From an uncultured Actinomycetota bacterium (GTDB lineage: Bacteria; Actinomycetota; Aquicultoria; JACQXZ01; CAYGBL01): a DNA stretch of 64,000 nt. This document shows, piece after piece, positions 22,712 to 30,260 of this stretch. Below the pieces are notes generated by a model. That model did not search any database. It saw only the letters and a program-made list of their open reading frames with translations, and was not told the DNA's origin. Made by a program: the position numbers and the translations under genes. Numbering within the stretch: the first letter of the stretch is position 1; each line of letters starts with the position of its first letter. The stretch is from NCBI GenBank assembly GCA_964348135.1, contig CAYGBL010000007.1:9511-73510 (forward strand). The letters are read 5' to 3'.

Positions 22712-23263
22712 GATTATCAGATTACTTCTGTTGAGAACAAAACATTTGCAAAAAAGGGGTTTGTCTCCCTCCAAGAAAAAAATTGATAATCACCTCGTAA
22801 AACAAGGCAGGCAAGAATCTTCCCTATAAAACCAAGAAATATAGAGAAAAGACCTGTTCCCTTCGAAAATATAGAAGGATAACCACAAGGGTTATCCCCA
22901 CGAGAATTACAAATGTAGGGAAGGAACCTGCCTGCCCCGCTAGTTTTATTTGCGGGGTGCCCTTCCGAACAAATAGAAGCTGCAGGTATCTTCACGAAGA
23001 TTAAAATATGAAGATGGAAAAGGTAATAATAGCCTGGGGGTAACATTTGCACTCCCGTTTATCTCTGCCAATAAAACAAGTGAATCTTGTTTCCTTCTTA
23101 CCAGCAATTCTTTTCCTCCAGCTCAATTATTTTCTGCACCAGACTCCGGTTCGCACGTAAACCGAAGATACACACACGCGTATTACCTTTGTAAAGACAC
23201 AAACAATGATCATACTCAGCCATCCAGTAACCTTGTGCTATCTGCTCCGAGTTTAGAAATTCT

Positions 23264-23476
23264 TCATTTACCTTCTTCTTCCGACGTCCCAGAAACATTA
23301 CCATCCCTTACTTCAAAAAGGTCATCAAAAGTGCAATCCAATATGTTAACTATCTTTCTTGCAGTAACTGCAGATGGCAACCTTTCTCCTGACTCTAAGG
23401 CAGCAATGAAACTTCTGCTCAGGTCCAAAGCGTGTGCTAACATGCCTTGAGTCATACCAGCACGAAGTCTTGCCAC
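23264..23476 (-). CDS. XRE-family helix-turn-helix transcriptional regulator
   Basis: The HTH reads LRAGMTQGMLAHALDLSRSFIAALESGERLPSAVTARKIV. The ORF-track start is GTG at 23476. The frame is open further upstream (..KPGKLTVARLRAG..), and a CTG at 23509 lies 5 nt after AAAGGAG. Confidence 0.6.
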   Translation of the reverse strand: MARLRAGMTQGMLAHALDLSRSFIAALESGERLPSAVTARKIVNILDCTFDDLFEVRDGNVSGTSEEEGK

Positions 23477-23671
23477 AGTTAATTTTCCCGGCTTTATGAA
23501 TATATGAGCTCGCAGAACATCTCCTTTTCGTATACAATATATCTACTATAAGTAGATGTTTTATGCACAATTAAAGAGCCCTGTTCAAGGCTCGGGTAAA
23601 AAATTAGCTTATACTTTTACTTCATAGCTGATTTTCCTGCAAAAAATTTAAATTTAATGAATTTCATTTAG

Positions 23672-23710
23672 ATTTTGTATACTATATGTATACTAAATGT
23701 ATACAGAAAG
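23672..23710. promoter_or_regulatory. putative operator, three GTATAC palindromic hexamers at an 11-bp period
   Basis: The sequence is tttGTATACtatatGTATACtaaatGTATACag. It lies in the divergent intergenic region between the two XRE regulators. Confidence 0.45.
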
Positions 23711-24038
23711 GCTGAAAGTGATTAACTATCGCACCATTGGAAAGAGGTTAAAAAGAATTCGTGAAGAAAAAGGTTATTCTCTGTACGATGTCGAGAGGCT
23801 GAGCAAGGGCGAGTTCAAAGTACCTACCCTATCCAGCTATGAAACAGCAAAGCGCAAAATATCTATATCGCGCCTCAACAGGCTTGCCTCACTATATGAG
23901 GTTACTCTTGACTCAATTTTGGGAGCAGAAAGAATCGCCGAAGAAAACCGCCCTTATGGAAAATCTCTAATTAAAGATTTGCGAGAACTGGAAGAAAAAA
24001 TTAGAAAAACAATAGAAAAGCTGGAAGAAAAGGAATAA
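23697..24038 (+). CDS. XRE-like HTH regulator with C-terminal coiled-coil tail
   Basis: The HTH reads LKRIREEKGYSLYDVERLSKGEFKVPTLSSYETAKRKISISRLNRLA. It is divergent from the other XRE gene. An alternative GTG start at 23718 would leave the GTATAC operator fully upstream. Confidence 0.55.
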   Translation: MYTERLKVINYRTIGKRLKRIREEKGYSLYDVERLSKGEFKVPTLSSYETAKRKISISRLNRLASLYEVTLDSILGAERIAEENRPYGKSLIKDLRELEEKIRKTIEKLEEKE

Positions 24039-24151
24039 CGACATAAATCTATGCTTTTATTAAACCGATCAGCTCTAAATTTTAAATTAAATTCGGCAAA
24101 ATCAATCCGATACTTAAGGAAATAATTATTTCAGCTTACATATCATTTATG

Positions 24152-24880
24152 TCATTTACTTAAAGGAGCAATCTCTATTTCTCCCCACATTCCCATCTGT
24201 TCATCCTTGATTATCAGTACACCTTGAATTCCTTTGACCGTCTGTGCATACTTAATAGCTTTCTCAATATCGTTCTTCTTATGGACTTTGTTTCCGACAG
24301 CGGTAGCAGCAGCATCAGCAAGACTTACCGATTTGGAAATTACCACTACAGCATCAGCAGCACCTAAGCTTACCGACGGGCCAACTGTGCCGGATGATGT
24401 ACATACGCCGAGGGGTGTCTGTTTGGGCTCTATTTTAACAGCTATTTTGTTGCTAAGAGGAGATATACCAGCAAATATACTGATGAGCCTCGGTTGTTTT
24501 GTGCTTATAAATATATCCCCGCCATTTTCCACTATAACTTCTCTTGAGAGCTTGAGCATTTCTCTGCCAACGGACTCAGCAATAGCTCCGGCGACAGCCG
24601 CCATAGGACCAATATTTACCTGTGCTGCAGCCCCAGCCATATCTTTAACTATATGTGGTGCATCATCAGGAATCTCATAGGGTTTGAAGGTGTCTCTAAA
24701 GACGGGGTGTCTTTCAATGAAGCGTTCCAGCTCTCCGCGACATACTTTGACCGCTTCCAGTGCTTCGCTGCTTAAGTCCTTCTCTGTACTTATGTAAAGA
24801 TCAGTCTCCTTCAGCTTAACATGAAAAGAAACCAAACCTTTAGCATGGGTATCTTCCCGATAAAACCTCTCTCGGTACAA
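24152..24880 (-). CDS. UPF0280 family protein (COG2122, ApbE-like superfamily)
   Basis: 242 aa, Ala/Gly-rich core (GAADAVVVISKSVSLADAAATAV). The size and composition are typical of UPF0280. Confidence 0.45.
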   Translation of the reverse strand: MYRERFYREDTHAKGLVSFHVKLKETDLYISTEKDLSSEALEAVKVCRGELERFIERHPVFRDTFKPYEIPDDAPHIVKDMAGAAAQVNIGPMAAVAGAIAESVGREMLKLSREVIVENGGDIFISTKQPRLISIFAGISPLSNKIAVKIEPKQTPLGVCTSSGTVGPSVSLGAADAVVVISKSVSLADAAATAVGNKVHKKNDIEKAIKYAQTVKGIQGVLIIKDEQMGMWGEIEIAPLSK

Positions 24881-25126
24881 ATTATTCCTTCCGAAAACTG
24901 GTATTTACTAATTTCAAATTCTCTAAGACTTTAAGGTATATCAAGATTTTTTGGAAGGGTATATTATAAATGGACCCTCGGGGTAAGTAATTCCCTTCGA
25001 TGCAATTATTCGTAATATTGAGATTGTTTCGCTCTACTCACAATGATTATCAACACATATACTTCCAGCGTTGCTTATTTTCCTTTCACTCTTTGCCCGT
25101 GACTTCTGACCCTTGACTCTTTGTTC

Positions 25127-26017
25127 TCAGTTAGCCAGCATTTCCTTTTTTTTAACCCAAGGTTTCCCGGTGCCGAATTTGGTAAGAAGAACTGCTCCCA
25201 CACCTAAAAGAGAAATAACGAAACCTAGAAGCCCTCCGATAAAAGGAACAAATCTCAGAACTCCTACTATTAAAACACCCACAATCATCTCAAAAATTTG
25301 AGAGCTGGAAGCTGATTTTGCTACTTCAAAAATCCTTTTGCCAATAATGAGGCAGGCAGCAAAGTACCCGTAGATAAAGGAGATAATGACAAAGAGTATA
25401 AATAAGGGAATTAGAGCAATACCTATAAGCGTAATGGCGAGTACGACTATAGCGGGTATGATAAGTATAAAGGCTAGAAACCCAACCCCTATTGACTGCC
25501 AGGGTTCTCGGGCAATAAACAAAGCTGTCTTCTCAATATGATCGGGAATCAAAGCCACTATCAGTGCTCCCAAACCTATGGAGCCAAGAATTACTATAAA
25601 GTTAACAATGAGACTTACTCCCAACCAGGCTCCCGGGGACCAAAACCAACTGTATCTGGAGTCAAAAGGACTAATGTTCTGTGCTCCCCTAACACCGCCA
25701 CCAATTCGGGCTCCCGGTTCTCTCTCAATATTTCCCCCAATAACAGTAAGCTCACCGTTAATGTGCGCGCTTGACCTAAGCTCTGCATCTCCACCCAGGA
25801 CAACTACATTTCCAGTAACTGCACCAGCAATAGTTGCATCCCCGTTAAAGACAATTACATCCCCATATACAATCTCTCCTCTTCCTACATTGACGTCTCT
25901 GCCAAAACGGACAATGGTATCTTTGTTCCCATTAACTGATGACAAGGCAAAGCCGGGAATGAGAAAAAGAAAGACTGGAATAATTGCTATAATTGCCACA
26001 AGCTTTTTCATCTTCAA
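25127..26017 (-). CDS. membrane protein with N-terminal bactofilin-like (polymer-forming beta-helix) domain
   Basis: A signal or anchor is followed by repeated V.G.V.G....G motifs (VIVFNGDATIAGAVTGNVVVLGGDAELRSSAHINGELTVIGGNIE) and then four or five TM helices. Confidence 0.5.
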   Translation of the reverse strand: MKMKKLVAIIAIIPVFLFLIPGFALSSVNGNKDTIVRFGRDVNVGRGEIVYGDVIVFNGDATIAGAVTGNVVVLGGDAELRSSAHINGELTVIGGNIEREPGARIGGGVRGAQNISPFDSRYSWFWSPGAWLGVSLIVNFIVILGSIGLGALIVALIPDHIEKTALFIAREPWQSIGVGFLAFILIIPAIVVLAITLIGIALIPLFILFVIISFIYGYFAACLIIGKRIFEVAKSASSSQIFEMIVGVLIVGVLRFVPFIGGLLGFVISLLGVGAVLLTKFGTGKPWVKKKEMLAN

Positions 26018-26067
26018 CCTCCATTCTTAAATTCAGGATGCACATTATTAGCCGCAGGTTTTTTGTT

Positions 26068-26330
26068 ATACACCTTCACCCTATCCCTCTCCCTCAAGGG
26101 AGAGGGATTGCTTTTTACTCTCTCAAGGTAGGGAACTACTTGTTTGTCTCTCCCTAAAGGGAAAGAAATTGCTTTTTTGAATCCCTCACTCAAGGGAGAG
26201 AAATTGCTCTTCTTCTCTCCCCTAAGAAAAGGAATTGTTTGCTCATTTATCTCTCCTTCAAGGTATAGAAATTGTTTATTCTTTCCCTAAAAGAAGAAAT
26301 ACTGCCTACTTGTGTCTCTCAAGAGAGACT
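26068..26330 (+). repeat. tandem array of ~34-bp hairpin units (about 8 degenerate copies)
   Basis: The unit is CTCTCCCTCAAGGGAGAG(r)AATTGCTTTTT. Each unit contains a self-complementary CTCTCCC/GGGAGAG stem. The array lies between the bactofilin-like gene and the UPF0182 gene. Confidence 0.75.
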
Positions 26331-26383
26331 GTTGAAAAATCTTGACACTTCAGCCTTTAACCTTGAGCCTTGAGCTCAGAGTT

Positions 26384-29113
26384 TTAAGGTCCAGTTTGGC
26401 CACTTAACTGCTTTAGCAATTCTCCTAACGCTTTTATTTCATCGCCATACCTGGCAAAATCACCTTGCCTTATCGCTTCTTGAGCGTTATTGAAATGTTC
26501 GGTGGCCTCTTGAATTAGTTCGCTAATAGACCTGGCTTCTTCTTTCGGCGGAGGTTTTTCCTCGGGCACCTCTTTTCCAAATACAAGCTGGAATGCTTGA
26601 TCAAGACTTTCTGCCATAACCACCCGATCGCTATACGCAAGTATCACTCTTTTGAGCTCCGGGAGTTCGCTCTGTTCCGCCTGCAGATATAAAGGTTCAA
26701 CATAAATTACCGAGTTTTCAATTGGAATAACAAGCAAATTCCCTCTGATAATGCGTGATCCCCGTTGACCCCACAAGGTGAACTGCTGAGAAATCTCCGG
26801 ATCCTGATCGATCCGAGCTTCAATCTGAATTGGACCGTATATCAACTTCTGCTTGGGGAATTTAAAAACCTGTAACTCCCCGTAGTCAGGGAAATCACTT
26901 TTAGCGCAAAACCAGGCAATCATGTTATTTTTATTTTTCGGAGTTAAAGGTAGCATTAATATGAACTCTTCACGCTCTGCCTCCGGGAGTTTTAAGATTA
27001 CATAGTAAGGTTCAATTTGTTGCTGTTGTTCATCAAAGATCTCATTTGGAATAACCCACAAGTCTTCTTTATTGTAGAAGACCTGAGGATCAGTCATGTG
27101 GTAGGTGTTAAACATCTTGGTTTGAATTAAAAAGAGGTCTTCCGGATATCTTATATGGCGTTTAAGGTCATCCGGCATCTCAGCAAAAGACTTAAAGAGC
27201 TTGGGAAACGCTCTGCGATAGGTAAGAACCAGCGGGTCTTTGTCATCTATTACATAGAAGCTTACAGAACCGCTATACGCATCTATTACCGCCTTAACAG
27301 AATTACGAATATAGTTGTCTTGTCCGCTGAAGGGTTGAGAATAGGGGTATCCTGAAGTAATAGTATACGCATCCTGTATCCAAAACAATCTTCCCTCATC
27401 AGACACAACTATATAAGGATCCCGATCGTAAACCAGGAAAGGTGCTGACTTTCTTACCCTATCACCTATCCTGCGGTAGAACATTATTCGGCTCTCGTCT
27501 TTTATACTGTCCGACAGTAGAAACTTGAGACTTCCAAAACGCCAGGCAAATGCCGCCTTCCTCCACGCTGACTTAATGGGAATTCCTCCTGATCCACGAT
27601 AGGTTGTGTAGACATTAGTATCACCCTTAGGATAATCAAGCTCTTTCTCTCCGGTCTTGACTACCACATAATCATCCCCAATCTCACCGTAGTAAATCTC
27701 TGGACGCTTTATTGTTATATTGATAGAAGAAGTGGGTGGAATATCTTTGATTAGTAATTCAGGAAGCCCTTCTGTGGTCAACTTGTTGACTTCATTCATT
27801 ACCAAACCATGCCCGTGTGTATATATAAGATGCTGATTTATCCAGGTTTGTGCAGCGGTAGGGAGCTGTTTTGCGTCAAGTTCTCGAGTAGAAAGAGCTA
27901 CCTGCCGATATTCTCCATCAATTGAGTATCTGTCAATATCAACATCATGGAAATTGTAGTAAAGCCTAATTTCTTGAATCTGCTTAAACGTTTTTTGTAA
28001 AGGTCTCCAGTCCCAAAGGCGTATATTCCCCGTTGTGCCTTTATTCTTCTCAATATCGGTTGGCTTAAGTGTGGCTATCGCGGGAAAATCTCTTTCCATT
28101 ACTTTATCCAAACCATAAGCTGCCCGTGTAAGCTTTATATTTAACCTAATGTAAGGTTCTTCTCTTGCAATTTCATTTGGAGAAACTCGATACTGTTGAA
28201 CAATAAAAGGATAAATAGTCCCTACTATTAAGGACGTTGCTATAAGCAGGGAGACGCTTGCCAGCGGAAGAATCCATCCTCTAAACCTTATATTTATAAG
28301 AAAAAGGACGGCCGATATAACGGATATGAAGATGAGTATTCGCAGCGCAGGTAACTGAGCATGAATATCGGTATAACTTGCACCAAAAGCGACTCCGCGC
28401 GGCGAAAAAAGCAAACTGTATGCTCTAAGCTGATAATTCCACGCTATTACTATAAGGAGTGCGCCTAGCAGAAAGGAAAGGTGTGCCTTAACATGAGGAG
28501 CGAATATCTCCTTTCCCCTTCTCCAGGCAACAGCGCCGTCAAGAATGTGTATAAATATGGAGATAATAAAGGTAAGGATTAGAAGCACAAAAAGAAAGGA
28601 TCGAATAAACTTATAGAAGGGAAGACTAAATACGTAAAAACCAATATCTCTGCTGTAGATAGGATCTACCTGATTAAAGGGCTGCTGGTTTAAATATCGT
28701 AAAATCATATCCCACTGATCTGCCGCAGTAAGTCCTGCTAGAAAAGCTATAAAAACAGCAACGAGGATAAGAAAATAAGTTATATATCTTCCCGTAGCCT
28801 CCCGATAGCGTTCATAAAGAGCCTTCATATATCCTCCTAGACCTGCTATGGTTTCTTCAGGCCCGAGAAGGAAATATTTGGGAGCAAGCCTTCTGGCTAT
28901 AAGGATATTGGCAACTAGAAATGCAAAGAAAAGCAAGCCAGATATTGCACCTAAGGCAACTTTGGTTAATAGGATTTTTACGAAGATGGACTCAAAATTT
29001 ACTTCCGTAAACCACAGCCACTCTGTATAGAGGTTTACTAACCCTAAAAGGATCGAGAATAATATAATCAAGATAAAGATTGTCAACCAGCGAAACCTTC
29101 CCATATCGCTCAC
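26384..29113 (-). CDS. UPF0182 family membrane protein
   Basis: 909 aa with about seven N-terminal TM helices and a large soluble C-terminal region. This architecture is characteristic of UPF0182. Confidence 0.6.
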   Translation of the reverse strand: MSDMGRFRWLTIFILIILFSILLGLVNLYTEWLWFTEVNFESIFVKILLTKVALGAISGLLFFAFLVANILIARRLAPKYFLLGPEETIAGLGGYMKALYERYREATGRYITYFLILVAVFIAFLAGLTAADQWDMILRYLNQQPFNQVDPIYSRDIGFYVFSLPFYKFIRSFLFVLLILTFIISIFIHILDGAVAWRRGKEIFAPHVKAHLSFLLGALLIVIAWNYQLRAYSLLFSPRGVAFGASYTDIHAQLPALRILIFISVISAVLFLINIRFRGWILPLASVSLLIATSLIVGTIYPFIVQQYRVSPNEIAREEPYIRLNIKLTRAAYGLDKVMERDFPAIATLKPTDIEKNKGTTGNIRLWDWRPLQKTFKQIQEIRLYYNFHDVDIDRYSIDGEYRQVALSTRELDAKQLPTAAQTWINQHLIYTHGHGLVMNEVNKLTTEGLPELLIKDIPPTSSINITIKRPEIYYGEIGDDYVVVKTGEKELDYPKGDTNVYTTYRGSGGIPIKSAWRKAAFAWRFGSLKFLLSDSIKDESRIMFYRRIGDRVRKSAPFLVYDRDPYIVVSDEGRLFWIQDAYTITSGYPYSQPFSGQDNYIRNSVKAVIDAYSGSVSFYVIDDKDPLVLTYRRAFPKLFKSFAEMPDDLKRHIRYPEDLFLIQTKMFNTYHMTDPQVFYNKEDLWVIPNEIFDEQQQQIEPYYVILKLPEAEREEFILMLPLTPKNKNNMIAWFCAKSDFPDYGELQVFKFPKQKLIYGPIQIEARIDQDPEISQQFTLWGQRGSRIIRGNLLVIPIENSVIYVEPLYLQAEQSELPELKRVILAYSDRVVMAESLDQAFQLVFGKEVPEEKPPPKEEARSISELIQEATEHFNNAQEAIRQGDFARYGDEIKALGELLKQLSGQTGP

Positions 29114-29294
29114 CTCTTTAAACCCAAAGTGTTTTATTTAAATATTCCAATTATTTCTTCCCTTAAACAATAATATTTCCTGCTTGTTGTAAAAACTAAA
29201 CGTAGTCATAACAAAAAGGCAGTGTAGATGCGATTGTACGATATATTCTGCTATGAATATGTGGTTTTTAACCATATACTAAGACGGGACTTGA

Positions 29295-29320
29295 ACGTCC
29301 CGTCTATCCTAAATTGCGCT
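29295..29320 (-). terminator. putative intrinsic terminator downstream of acsE
   Basis: The hairpin AGACGGGAC-ttgaac-GTCCCGTCT is a perfect 9-bp stem. On the minus strand it is followed by UUAGUAUAU. Confidence 0.45.
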
Positions 29321-29376
29321 AGATTTATGTCCTTGTACTCTACCCTTATCTGGCGTCTTGCGACCCTAATCTTATA

Positions 29377-30156
29377 TTATTCCAAATAGCTGTGACAGTA
29401 TAATACTTCGTTATTAAATACTGCTATAGTTTTTACAGCGTCCATCAAATCTTTGTCCATGGCATCGGCAATTGCAGCATCCAGACCACAGTTGGCAAGC
29501 ATAACCAGGTAAGTGCGATTGAGAATGCTCTGAATTTCTTTGGGTGAACCATTAGAAGTGTTACTTAAACCGACAACAGTCTTTGGTGGGGGATCTGACA
29601 GCTGCTTGAACATCTTTATAGCTTCCAGGACCTCGATTGCCTGTTGTTGGGCAACACCGATAGGTAGAATTAAGGGGTCGAGATACAAATCTTCTGCTGG
29701 CACCCCGTGCACTGCAGCAGCTCCTAAAATATCTGCTGCAATAATGCAACGTTCTGAAGCGTCTCTAGGAATCCCCCCTTCGCTCAGCGTTAGCCCTATT
29801 ACCTTAGCATTATACTTACCAGCTAAAGAAAGCATGCTTTCCATACGTTCCTTCTCGCCGGAGGCAGAATTTATCATCGCCTGTCCTTTGTGCGCTCTTA
29901 GCCCGGCTTCCATTGCTTCCGAATTAGTTGTATCAAGGGACAGAGGTACATCTACTACTTCTTGAACTGTTTTAACCAACCATTCCATCATTTCAGGTCC
30001 ACCTTTAGTTGCCGGGCCAATGTTAATATCAAGCATGCCCGCCCCTCCTTCTACCTGTGCTTTTGCAAGCTCCTGGATTGGTTTAGCTTTTCTTTCTTTC
30101 ATAGCTGGACCAATAGTCCTGGACATAATATTGATCTTTTCTCCAATTATCAGCAT
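29377..30156 (-). CDS. acsE: methyltetrahydrofolate:corrinoid/iron-sulfur protein methyltransferase (MeTr)
   Basis: The ORF-track start at 30213 adds 19 spurious residues. The true start is ATG 30156, giving MLIIGEKIN..., preceded by an AGGGGA RBS. The protein aligns along its full length with the Moorella MeTr pattern (MLIIGERIN...INSTS...DPLILP...GLSN.S...RTYLVMA...GLDAAI). Confidence 0.85.
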   Translation of the reverse strand: MLIIGEKINIMSRTIGPAMKERKAKPIQELAKAQVEGGAGMLDINIGPATKGGPEMMEWLVKTVQEVVDVPLSLDTTNSEAMEAGLRAHKGQAMINSASGEKERMESMLSLAGKYNAKVIGLTLSEGGIPRDASERCIIAADILGAAAVHGVPAEDLYLDPLILPIGVAQQQAIEVLEAIKMFKQLSDPPPKTVVGLSNTSNGSPKEIQSILNRTYLVMLANCGLDAAIADAMDKDLMDAVKTIAVFNNEVLYCHSYLE

Positions 30157-30260
30157 ATGCAGATTCCCCTTTCGGATTTTGTTCCTGGTTCTTGTTAACT
30201 GGTTACTAGTCACGTTAATATTTGATTATACTGGGTACAAGGTACCAGGCACTAGCTACC

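Noticed and set aside
22717-23052. ORF 22717..23052 (-, 111 aa)
   Set aside because: No RBS and an odd composition. It lies in a non-coding gap after the radical-SAM gene and is probably spurious.
26068-26330. CRISPR-like array
   Set aside because: Units abut each other with no spacers, and each unit is itself a palindrome. It is a tandem hairpin repeat.
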